Positions 1-7,626 are shown, counted from the stretch's first letter. The stretch is DNA of 32,000 bases from Candidatus Aenigmatarchaeota archaeon (GCA_021157845.1 JAGGVU010000003.1:1-32000); one strand, 5' to 3'. Made by a program: numbers and translations. The notes: generated by a model not told the origin, from the sequence alone.

Positions 1-2
1 AT

Positions 3-146
3 ATTTAAAATCAGCGAAGCTGATTTTAACATATCAAAATCGAATTTATAAATATCGTAAATTTAATTCGATTTAAATATATTTAAATCAACAAAGTTGA
101 TTTTGATATCTAATTGACTTTACGTCAATTAAATCGTCAATTAAAT
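3..146. repeat. Cluster of four perfect AT-rich hairpins plus a 12-nt tandem duplication
   Basis: Stems read directly: 5-15/19-29 (ttaaaatcagc / gctgattttaa, loop gaa); 37-46/65-74 (aaatcgaatt / aattcgattt); 85-92/96-103 (aaatcaac / gttgattt); 111-118/124-131 (taattgac / gtcaatta). cgtcaattaaat occurs twice in tandem (123-134, 135-146). Three stems begin AAATC and end GATTT. The cluster lies just 3' of the minus-strand gene ending at 169. Confidence 0.9.
36..110. mobile_element. Possible miniature insertion: 75-nt two-hairpin segment bounded by ATATC direct repeats
   Basis: The inverted copy at 21591-21645 joins hairpin 1 directly to hairpin 4 through a single ATATC. Here ATATC occurs at 31-35 and again at 106-110, with 70 nt (hairpins 2 and 3) between them. 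The segment starts aaaatc and ends gatttt just before the second ATATC. No coding capacity. Confidence 0.35.
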
Positions 147-168
147 ATATAAATTGCTTTGAAAATAT

Positions 169-696
169 TCATTTTAAATGTTTCTCGTATTTCTTCAGCC
201 ATATCACATTTTCTCGGTGCGGTCTGCCTTTTTTAATAAGGCGAATAATTTTTTCAGCGCTTTTTTCCGGGCTTAGATTAGTTGTGTCAAGTTCTATTAG
301 TTTTTTTATGTTTTTATTCTCCAGCGCCTCGGTCAGTATTACATCTATTAATTCTGCCTCAACATTTTCTTTGACTTTTCTCACAGGCCATCTCTTTTTT
401 TTTAACCGCCTCCCCAGCACCGATGGATCGCAGCGAAGCACAATACAAAAATCAGCCATCAAGAAGTGTGACAGATGGCCTTCTACTATTAAGTCACCTT
501 TCTGCAAAATTTTTCTTGCAGCTTTTTTTAGTTTTTTCACATCAACAAGTTTTGAGCCATTTTCTTTTCCTGACCATAACTTGTGCTCATCAATAAAATC
601 ATTTAATTTTATTAATTCATAACCCATTTTTTTTGCTAGAATTCTGGCAACAGCGGTTTTTCCACTTCCAGGAGTCCCGCTTATTGTTATAATCAT
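169..696 (-). CDS. Fap7/AK6-type putative adenylate kinase (nucleoside-triphosphatase)
   Basis: 175-aa ORF with N-terminal P-loop GTPGSGKT. Short kinase layout with LRCDPSVLGRRLKKK and ENVEAELIDVIL segments typical of archaeal Fap7-type kinases. Its start overlaps the upstream gene's stop by 4 nt (693-696). Confidence 0.8.
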   Translation of the reverse strand: MIITISGTPGSGKTAVARILAKKMGYELIKLNDFIDEHKLWSGKENGSKLVDVKKLKKAARKILQKGDLIVEGHLSHFLMADFCIVLRCDPSVLGRRLKKKRWPVRKVKENVEAELIDVILTEALENKNIKKLIELDTTNLSPEKSAEKIIRLIKKGRPHRENVIWLKKYEKHLK

Positions 697-2504
697 CTAT
701 AAACACCAGCTGCTAACAACCTTGTTAAAACATTTTTAAAAAAATCTTGAATAATTTTAGTAAATGTTTTTACTTTTTTCTTTGATTTATCAATATCTTT
801 TTTCCATATTCCCTTTCTTTCAACAGCTAAGAATTTTTTTGAGCAGCTGCTGATAGTTTTGGATTCAGCCATGGCTCTTAATTTATATTCTCCAGGATAA
901 GCTATGAAAAATGTAGTGTTAAAGGATTTTTCTTCATCTGGCAGCAATGTGAGAGATTTTCTAATAGTGTGGTTTCCAAGCGTAATTGTCAAGTCAATAG
1001 GTATTTTTTTGTCAAGCAGGTTTCTTATTGTTATTTCAGCTGTGAGATTTTGTCCAGCAGTGATATTTTTTGTGATATTGACAGCTATATCTGTTTCTTT
1101 CATTTGTAATGCAGTTATTTTCTTTTTTCCATATCCATTTTCAGAGAAAAAATAAAATTCATATGTTCCCGGCTCTTTTAGTTTTAGTTGCCACCAATTA
1201 CCTTTCTTATAGCTTGTCAAGTTTGAAGAAAAGAAGAATCCGACTGTATCTGACTTTATTTTGAAATTCTCATTCACAAGCACCTGATCAGGGCCATCAA
1301 TAAAAATCTCGTTGCTTTGTTTCACGCCGGAAATAGTTATGTTTTTTCTTGCTTTTGTTCCGCTTTGGTCAAGTACGGAAACAGGGCAAATGTAATTTTT
1401 TCCATGTGGAACAAAAAGCCAGTATAATTCTTGTTTTGGGCATAGCCAGACAGTTCTGGTTTTTCCAAATACATCAAGCATATCATTTCCATCTTCATCG
1501 ACGCAAGAGTTAAATATTATCTCTGCCATAGAGCAGTTCTCATCTTCCACGTCTGCGTGTAAAACGCTATATTTTTCTGACTTTGTATTATTTGCATATA
1601 TTCTTATTTTTCTTCCTCTCCTTCTTTTGATTTCTATCAGGTTATACGTAATGGGGTCCTTTTTCCATTCAGCCTTTCCAAACCCGCGCCAAGTTATATA
1701 TTGTGTGAAATTGCTGTCAGGCAGCTCAGCAAATTTTATATGTGTCGCGTCCAAATACCCTAACTCAAGCCATGTCGGGTCAATGGAAATCCACCTGTTA
1801 TCTATAAATGCCTCTACCCATGCATGGCTTTCTATTGTCGCGTATGAATTCAAAGAAGAGGGCGAATATGCATATCCTACAATAAATTTTGCTGGTATGT
1901 CCTGACTTCTAAGCATAGCCACCAGCAGGTTTGATAGTTCGCCGCAAACACCTCTCTTATTTTTCATTGTCCATTCAGATGACTCTGTTTTTTTATTTTC
2001 AATAGCCCTGTCATATTTTATATTTTTATTTATCCATTTTGTCAGTCTTACAGCTTTTTCCAGTTTTGTTTCTTGGCCATATGCAATTTCTTTTATTGCA
2101 TCAGTTTGCTTTGTCAATGCTGTTTCAATAAGTGAATTTTCAGGCGTCCAGTATTTATTCTCAGAAGATGATTTTTCAAATTCTTTGGCTTTATTTTTTA
2201 TTCTAAATACAACTCTATATCTTTCTTCTTTTCTAGGATTAACCCACTTTATTTTTATCATTTTATTTCCATAGCTGTCATTTATGAATTCCCAATTATC
2301 CGGTTCAACACTGATGTTAATTAGATTCTCCTGCGGTATGTACAAGTTTAGCTCTATGCTTCTTATTCCACTGTCAGAAAATATTGTCCCGGATTTTGTG
2401 ATCTCCAAATCAAAAAAGCTTATGTCTTTGCTTTGGGAACGCACCGAAGATGAAAAAATAATTAGAAAAACTAAAAACAAAATTAATAAATTTTTTCTCT
2501 TCAT
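693..2504 (-). CDS. Secreted or membrane-anchored transglutaminase-like protein
   Basis: 603 aa. Hydrophobic N-terminus (LLILFLVFLIIFSSS). Transglutaminase-core Cys-His-Asp layout: RGVCGELSNLLVAMLRSQDIPAKFIVGY ... SHAWVEAF ... SIDPTW. Long beta-rich C-terminal region. Confidence 0.8.
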   Translation of the reverse strand: MKRKNLLILFLVFLIIFSSSVRSQSKDISFFDLEITKSGTIFSDSGIRSIELNLYIPQENLINISVEPDNWEFINDSYGNKMIKIKWVNPRKEERYRVVFRIKNKAKEFEKSSSENKYWTPENSLIETALTKQTDAIKEIAYGQETKLEKAVRLTKWINKNIKYDRAIENKKTESSEWTMKNKRGVCGELSNLLVAMLRSQDIPAKFIVGYAYSPSSLNSYATIESHAWVEAFIDNRWISIDPTWLELGYLDATHIKFAELPDSNFTQYITWRGFGKAEWKKDPITYNLIEIKRRRGRKIRIYANNTKSEKYSVLHADVEDENCSMAEIIFNSCVDEDGNDMLDVFGKTRTVWLCPKQELYWLFVPHGKNYICPVSVLDQSGTKARKNITISGVKQSNEIFIDGPDQVLVNENFKIKSDTVGFFFSSNLTSYKKGNWWQLKLKEPGTYEFYFFSENGYGKKKITALQMKETDIAVNITKNITAGQNLTAEITIRNLLDKKIPIDLTITLGNHTIRKSLTLLPDEEKSFNTTFFIAYPGEYKLRAMAESKTISSCSKKFLAVERKGIWKKDIDKSKKKVKTFTKIIQDFFKNVLTRLLAAGVYR

Positions 2505-2585
2505 AAGATATAATTTTGAAATCTAATATAAATAAGTTTTAGTTATCCTATTTGCTTTTTAAATCTTTCTGAGAAAAGTGATATC

Positions 2586-3533
2586 ATGTTTGAGAAAATA
2601 TGGATAGAGAAGTACAGGCCGAAAAAACTTAATGAAATGGTTGGCCAGGAAGAGATACGCGAAAGACTGTCTGGTTTTATTAACAGCAAGTCTCTTCCAC
2701 ACTGCCTTTTTGCTGGCCCTGCTGGAACAGGAAAAACAACAGCTGCTCTTTGCATGGCGAATGAGCTGTTTGGCCAAAAATGGAAAGCCAATTTTCTCGA
2801 ACTGAATGCCTCTGATGAGCGTGGCATAGACACAATAAGAACAAAGGTAAAGGATTTTGCACGGACGATGCCAATAAATGCTGATTTTAAAATTATTTAC
2901 TTGGATGAGGCAGATGCTCTGACAAGAGATGCTCAACAGGCATTGAGAAGGACAATGGAATCTTATTCATCAGTCTGTAGGTTTATACTGGCCTGCAATT
3001 ATTCATCAAAAATAATATTACCCATCCAGTCAAGATGCGCTATATTCAGATTTTCGCGTCTGGACAAAGAGAACATAAAATCCTATTTAGAAAAGGTGGC
3101 AAAGGCTGAAAAAATAAAGTTGGAGAACGGTGCTCTTGAAGTAATAATAGATATTAGCGAAGGCGATATAAGAAAATGCCTTAATATGCTTCAGACAGCA
3201 GCTGTTTCAACACAGAGTAAAATAACAAAAGATTATATTCTTCAGATTTCACATAGGGCCGAGTCAAAAGATGTTAGGGATTTATTGAATTATGCGCTTG
3301 GTGGCGAGATAAAAAAAGTCCGGAAAAAGTTGTATAAATTACTTTTTGACTATGGCATAAGTGGCGAAGATTTAATAAAACAAATACACAAGGAGATATA
3401 TAATTTGGATATAGACGATGAAAAAAAGGTGAAATTATTGATAAAGACAGGCGAATATGAGTTCAGGCTCACAGAGGGGAGCAATGAAGTGATACAACTG
3501 GAGGCCTTGCTTGCGCAGTTTTCGGTGATTTGA
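2586..3533 (+). CDS. rfcS: Replication factor C small subunit
   Basis: 315 aa. WIEKYRPKKLNEMVGQ N-terminus, Walker A GPAGTGKTT, Walker B YLDEADALT, SRC motif (IQSRCAIFRF). Confidence 0.95.
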   Translation: MFEKIWIEKYRPKKLNEMVGQEEIRERLSGFINSKSLPHCLFAGPAGTGKTTAALCMANELFGQKWKANFLELNASDERGIDTIRTKVKDFARTMPINADFKIIYLDEADALTRDAQQALRRTMESYSSVCRFILACNYSSKIILPIQSRCAIFRFSRLDKENIKSYLEKVAKAEKIKLENGALEVIIDISEGDIRKCLNMLQTAAVSTQSKITKDYILQISHRAESKDVRDLLNYALGGEIKKVRKKLYKLLFDYGISGEDLIKQIHKEIYNLDIDDEKKVKLLIKTGEYEFRLTEGSNEVIQLEALLAQFSVI

Positions 3534-3635
3534 TGATTTATGAAACCTTTAGGGAATTTGGTGAAAAATTAGGAAATTATTTTAAAGCAAGAAAGGAAAA
3601 TAGAAAGAGAAGATACACTCCATATGGATAGTAAA

Positions 3636-3808
3636 GCCGGGGTAGCTCAGATGAACTTTTCAAAAAAAGTTCAATCAAAATGCGAAGTTCAGAGAAATGG
3701 TAGAGCGCTACGCTCATAAGAATTTATGAGCTATGAACTGCCTTGTGCAGTAATGACAAAACGCTCTAGGAAACGTAGAGGTCGCGAGTTCGAAACTCGC
3801 CTCCGGCA
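3636..3808 (+). tRNA. tRNA-Met or Ile2 (anticodon CAT) with two introns
   Basis: Exons 3636-3651, 3698-3719 and 3774-3808 join into a 73-nt cloverleaf. Acceptor GCCGGGG/CTCCGGC (one G-U), D stem GCTC/GAGC, anticodon stem CTACG/CGTAG, loop CTCATAA (CAT at 3715-3717), T arm GCGAG-TTCGAAA-CTCGC, discriminator A. Introns are about 3652-3697 (D-loop, 46 nt) and about 3720-3773 (at or next to 37/38, 54 nt); boundaries are ambiguous by 1 nt. G1:C72 and the anticodon stem argue against an initiator tRNA. Confidence 0.85.
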
Positions 3809-3848
3809 TTTATTCTTTTAGGCTGTTATTTTGACATAAATATGATTA

Positions 3849-4208
3849 TTGTGGCTAAAAACAAGCTTTAATATTTTTCTTTTATATATATACTCTTCCG
3901 AGGTGATAAAAACGGCTAAATATGAAATCCACTTAAAGAATAATTTAACAGAAGCGTTAAAGAGCCTATCCAATAAAGAGCGAGGACTGCTTAAATTTTT
4001 TATTAAGCACGATCTACCAATTCAGGATTTCGGAAGTAAAGGAGACGTGAAGAAAAACATTAATCAATATTGGACTGAATTTATGATAAAGTATGAAATA
4101 GTTCCATCCGTAGAGTTAACAGTAGAAGACGATAAAATCGGATATTATAAGGATGGGAGTTTCAATGCCCTTGCTTATATAACGGAAGTAAATAATGAGG
4201 AAAAATAA
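3849..4208 (+). CDS. Hypothetical protein (C-terminus paralogous to 4311..4670)
   Basis: 119-aa ORF with a TTG at 3849; the true start is uncertain (an in-frame GTG lies within GAGGTGA about 50 nt downstream). No recognisable family. C-terminal VEDDKIGYY...ALAYITEV resembles IEGDKIGFS...ELAYVKVL of the next gene. Confidence 0.5.
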   Translation: MWLKTSFNIFLLYIYSSEVIKTAKYEIHLKNNLTEALKSLSNKERGLLKFFIKHDLPIQDFGSKGDVKKNINQYWTEFMIKYEIVPSVELTVEDDKIGYYKDGSFNALAYITEVNNEEK

Positions 4209-4310
4209 ACTAACAAAATATTTTATTACTGCTAAATAACATATATTTAAAAAGATTAACATAGCTATAATCAGTATAGAATGTTGCTGTAAGAGTGTGG
4301 GGTGTGTGAA

Positions 4311-4670
4311 ATGGTAAGATTAAAGGTTGAACCAAATATGGATTTTTTTGAGAACTATTTGGGGTCTTCTAAATCAAGTGTTCCAGAATACCAAAAATTT
4401 TATGCCCGTGTGCTTGGGTTTTTAAGAACTAAGATAGAGCCAAATGTATATACATCAATAACAGATTTGGAAGACGATCTTGGAAAGTTCAAATCGTTTG
4501 TTCTGGACAAAACCATAGCAGGTGAAAATGTAACAATACCTGAGAAGTGCATGGAAAAGCTAGTAATAGAAGGCGATAAGATAGGATTTTCTCCGATGCG
4601 CACAGATTCTGGCTATGAATATAGGTCGGGAAAACTTATAGAACTTGCCTACGTAAAAGTTTTGGAGTGA
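4311..4670 (+). CDS. Hypothetical protein (paralog of 3849..4208)
   Basis: The ORF opens at GTG 4302. ATG 4311 is preceded by a GGGGTG Shine-Dalgarno-like element. No recognisable family; shares a C-terminal motif with the upstream gene. Confidence 0.55.
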   Translation: MVRLKVEPNMDFFENYLGSSKSSVPEYQKFYARVLGFLRTKIEPNVYTSITDLEDDLGKFKSFVLDKTIAGENVTIPEKCMEKLVIEGDKIGFSPMRTDSGYEYRSGKLIELAYVKVLE

Positions 4671-4704
4671 CTAGATAAGCAAAGACAAAACTGAATATGA
4701 GAAG

Positions 4705-4950
4705 ATGCTGAAACAGGCGCAGGAAGAAATAATCGATTTAATGAATAAAGGAACAGAGCATGACTCAGCTATTCATCTCTTGTATGGAGAAGGTGGCATA
4801 GTAATTTTTCCTCCGGACTTTGGGCAGGAACTTAAATCAATTGAAAAGAAATATGGACGGAATGTTTTCAAAGGCGCCTTAAGGGGTATGGATAAAATGG
4901 GTATAAAAATAAGGTATTGCGCTGTTTTTGATTTTCTGGATTTTTTTTGA
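4705..4950 (+). CDS. Hypothetical small protein
   Basis: 81-aa ORF, co-directional with its neighbours, no recognisable motif. Confidence 0.4.
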   Translation: MLKQAQEEIIDLMNKGTEHDSAIHLLYGEGGIVIFPPDFGQELKSIEKKYGRNVFKGALRGMDKMGIKIRYCAVFDFLDFF

Positions 4951-5017
4951 TTCTGAATAATTTTGTGACTGGCAAAAATATTAAATACCCGCTGAGATAA
5001 TAATTACCAGTGGGCTT

Positions 5018-5386
5018 ATGAATTTGAGAAATGTCATTATAATTGTTATTGTCCTGTTTGCGGCGCTATTTTTGGCTTCGTGGGCAATTGCTCCGAGCAG
5101 CGGATGCTATTCAATAGGTAGCTGCAAAGAATGCTGGAGATGGTATAGTGTGCCAAGGGCATGTGAAGGAAACGAAAGCTGTTACACAGACCCTTCTATA
5201 GAGCAGCATAATGCATTAGTGGATGTAATATCATGCGCATGCGATGAAGCTAAATCAAAAAATTATGCAGACGCAGTATTAAATAGTGAGATAGAAAAGC
5301 TTTACTCTAGTGTGATGTCAGGGTATTCAGGAACAGTTAATGAGATATGTGAAGGTCGGGTTCCTCTTTCCAAGTGGAAATATTAA
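5018..5386 (+). CDS. Cysteine-rich secreted or membrane-anchored hypothetical protein
   Basis: 122 aa. N-terminal hydrophobic helix (VIIIVIVLFAALFLASWAI) followed by 8 Cys residues in the predicted extracytoplasmic part. Confidence 0.55.
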   Translation: MNLRNVIIIVIVLFAALFLASWAIAPSSGCYSIGSCKECWRWYSVPRACEGNESCYTDPSIEQHNALVDVISCACDEAKSKNYADAVLNSEIEKLYSSVMSGYSGTVNEICEGRVPLSKWKY

Positions 5387-5403
5387 ATTAGGGGTGGTAC
5401 GTT

Positions 5404-5688
5404 GTGAACTATGTCAAAAAGCAAATTGATAAATTGAAAACAAAATTTGAATCTGTCAGTGAAGCGTATAATAAGTTAGAGAGGAAATTTGCTTCTAAAT
5501 TATTTGATATGATTTTTGGCAATGTGATAAAGAGCGTAAAGATAGAAGTGACGACTACTCTTCTAACAATGCAGGCTTATAAACAAGCAGGAAAAATAAC
5601 CGAAAAAAAAGCTGTGGAAATCTACACTACTATGAGAAATTATGTAGAGAAAGTTTACGAACTAGAAGAAACAGTTGAGAAAAAATAG
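5404..5688 (+). CDS. Hypothetical coiled-coil protein
   Basis: 94-aa ORF with a GTG start, preceded by aggggtgg. Charged heptad-like sequence. No family recognised. Confidence 0.45.
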   Translation: MNYVKKQIDKLKTKFESVSEAYNKLERKFASKLFDMIFGNVIKSVKIEVTTTLLTMQAYKQAGKITEKKAVEIYTTMRNYVEKVYELEETVEKK

Positions 5689-5792
5689 GCACTAATGAAA
5701 ATAACTAGATGTTCTCACTTGGCATTATGATTTCTAACAAGAATGAGACAACCTGAATAAAAGGTTTAAAAATTTAATCACTCTATAATAGT

Positions 5793-6725
5793 ATGTCCTT
5801 TGAATTAGAATCGCTGCTAAAAGAATCAAACTCTATAATAGATTTAGAACAGAAACTTGAAGAAAACGGCCACAGCTTTAAAAATTTAAAGGACTACCTA
5901 AATTTCTTAAACAAAGAGTGGAGGAAAATCTCATGGAACAATATTGATGAAATATTAAAGTCTCCAGTAGCTGATAAAGATTTTCCGTCACTAAGGGTTG
6001 ACGACAAAGAAGTTTCTTACTATATTCACGGCTTAGTTCATGGGTGGGATATAGTATCAGCGCCTGGATTTCATATGAGGAAAAAAACAAAAAAGCAAGT
6101 TATTGAAAAACTAAAGGAATTTCACAACCCTCGAGGAGGCGAAGATTATTTTTGCGAAGAAAGATTTGCCAGTCATTTCGATTTGCAAATATCTCATGAG
6201 CTAAAGGATATAACTAAGACTGCAAAGAAATTAAACAAAAATCCGGAAAAGATATTCTTATCAATTTCATCAAGCTTAGCAGGAATTGTAGCACTGCCCC
6301 TTCTTTTCAGTACCGCATATTTAATATCTAAAGCTATCAAAAAGCCAAACAGTGAAGCCGAATCTATTATTTTTATTAATCAGAAGGCGCTGACAGATAT
6401 AAGATATCAGGCAAAATCTGCTGAGTTGCAACTTGTGGTAGAATTGCCACAGCCATTTAATCTGGAGATAAAATATCTAAATCAAAAAGACTCTTGGTTT
6501 GATAAATTTATAAACTATGCTATGTTTGAACCAGATGCAGCAACAACACCGGAAAGATCATTATGGGCCGCGAAAGAGTTAAAATGGCGAGCAAGAATAA
6601 ATGCTTTAGACACGGTTCATTATATATGTGGTCTTGGCCATATTACAGAAGTAGCTTATTTTTTAAAACATCCGGATTATTCCTTTGAGGCATTGGAGCA
6701 ATACCGAATTTCGAGACATAGCTAA
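5793..6725 (+). CDS. Hypothetical protein with a central hydrophobic segment
   Basis: 310-aa ORF. Hydrophobic stretch IFLSISSSLAGIVALPLLFSTAYLI. No catalytic motif that I can name. Confidence 0.6.
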   Translation: MSFELESLLKESNSIIDLEQKLEENGHSFKNLKDYLNFLNKEWRKISWNNIDEILKSPVADKDFPSLRVDDKEVSYYIHGLVHGWDIVSAPGFHMRKKTKKQVIEKLKEFHNPRGGEDYFCEERFASHFDLQISHELKDITKTAKKLNKNPEKIFLSISSSLAGIVALPLLFSTAYLISKAIKKPNSEAESIIFINQKALTDIRYQAKSAELQLVVELPQPFNLEIKYLNQKDSWFDKFINYAMFEPDAATTPERSLWAAKELKWRARINALDTVHYICGLGHITEVAYFLKHPDYSFEALEQYRISRHS

Positions 6726-6766
6726 AGTTTTTATATGTTTTCTCGTCTAAATTTGTTATTATTAAT

Positions 6767-6961
6767 GCCTCGGTAGCTCAACTGGCAGAGCATCTGTTGA
6801 ACCTTTTTAGAAAAAAGCTTCAATGGAAAAAGAAAAGGTCCAGATGAAACTTGTAACTGACGAACTTTTAAAAGGTTCGATAAAAACTGATCTATTGATC
6901 GGCTTTGCCGAAATGAAAGCATGAGATCAGAAGGTTGGGGGTTCAACTCCCTCCCGAGGCT
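6767..6961 (+). tRNA. tRNA-Thr (anticodon TGT) with two introns
   Basis: Exons 6767-6796, 6849-6856 and 6927-6961 give a 73-nt cloverleaf. Acceptor GCCTCGG/CCGAGGC, D arm GCTC-AACTGGCA-GAGC, anticodon stem TCTGA/TCAGA, loop CTTGTAA, variable AGGTT, T arm GGGGG-TTCAACT-CCCTC, discriminator T (U73 is reported for archaeal tRNA-Thr). Introns are about 6797-6848 (inside the anticodon stem, about 30/31) and about 6857-6926 (at or next to 37/38). TATA-like tttttatat lies about 35 nt upstream and a T-run follows the 3' end. Confidence 0.8.
6799..6831 (+). repeat. Intron sequence module shared with tRNA-Gly intron 2
   Basis: gaacctttttagaaaaaagcttcAatgGaaaaa here versus gaacctttttagaaaaaagcttcGatgTaaaaa at 23966-23998: 31 of 33 nt identical. 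Confidence 0.9.
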
Positions 6962-7026
6962 TTTTCTTCTTCGGTTTTGTAACTGAAAAATACTTAAATT
7001 TAAAAAGGTTTGGACAACTAAATTCT

Positions 7027-7626
7027 ATGGTGATAAACATAGGAAAGAAAAGTGAAGATAAAAGAATAATTGAAGACTTAGAAACTAAAATATTAACTTC
7101 TTCAGGCATACCAAATTTAAAAAATGAACTAACTATAGTGAGAGATGGGAAAAAAATAGTTTATGTGGGTAAAGCAGAAAACTTACAGTTTCATATACAC
7201 ATAGGGTTCACAGGTTTATCTATTCTAGGACAAGCTAAGCTAGAAAAATATAATGTAAATGAAAAAAATTTATTAGGATTAAAGAAGAAAAAGAAAGTGT
7301 GGTCTTTTAAAACTCCCACATACTTAACTTTTATCTCTTTGCAGACTTTGGGTCAACATAGAGGAAACTTAGTTCGTAAAGAATTAACGGTGAACAGCAG
7401 TCAATATGATCAAATGATGATAGAAACGCGTTATTATGAAGAAGGTGGAGAACTGAAAACTTTGCAAATTGGTGGATACAAACAAGAGTTAGCACAAGTA
7501 GCTCTTAATGAAAAAGGGATAATATTAGACCCAAACCTTTTAGATAGTGTTTTTGAACCAATTGATAGAAAACTAATGGAAACCTATAAGAAAGTCTATG
7601 AGAAAATCTATGGGATGAAAATTTAA
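7027..7626 (+). CDS. Hypothetical protein
   Basis: 199-aa ORF directly downstream of tRNA-Thr. No recognisable family. Confidence 0.5.
   Translation: MVINIGKKSEDKRIIEDLETKILTSSGIPNLKNELTIVRDGKKIVYVGKAENLQFHIHIGFTGLSILGQAKLEKYNVNEKNLLGLKKKKKVWSFKTPTYLTFISLQTLGQHRGNLVRKELTVNSSQYDQMMIETRYYEEGGELKTLQIGGYKQELAQVALNEKGIILDPNLLDSVFEPIDRKLMETYKKVYEKIYGMKI

Noticed and set aside
1-146. Possible CRISPR array or replication origin, given the closely spaced palindromes in very AT-rich DNA.
   Set aside because: The hairpins differ from each other in sequence and length and are irregularly spaced, and there are no cas genes, so this is not a CRISPR array. No ORB-like repeats and no orc1/cdc6 gene are visible, so an origin cannot be supported from this window, although upstream sequence is missing.
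284-622. Plus-strand 112-aa ORF. Similar antisense ORFs occur elsewhere in the track, for example 904..1155, 1627..1905, 2543..2936, 8686..9012, 11487..11912, 13075..14006, 20449..21045, 22314..23006, 24661..24977, 26030..26962 and 28879..29160.
   Set aside because: Each lies entirely inside, and antisense to, a longer ORF with clear family motifs. Their products are low-complexity (Ser/Phe/Ile-rich), as expected for shadow frames in AT-rich DNA.
6731-7109. Two minus-strand ORFs (6731..6946 and 6927..7109).
   Set aside because: They overlap the intron-containing tRNA-Thr gene and its flank. They are open only because the introns are AT-rich.
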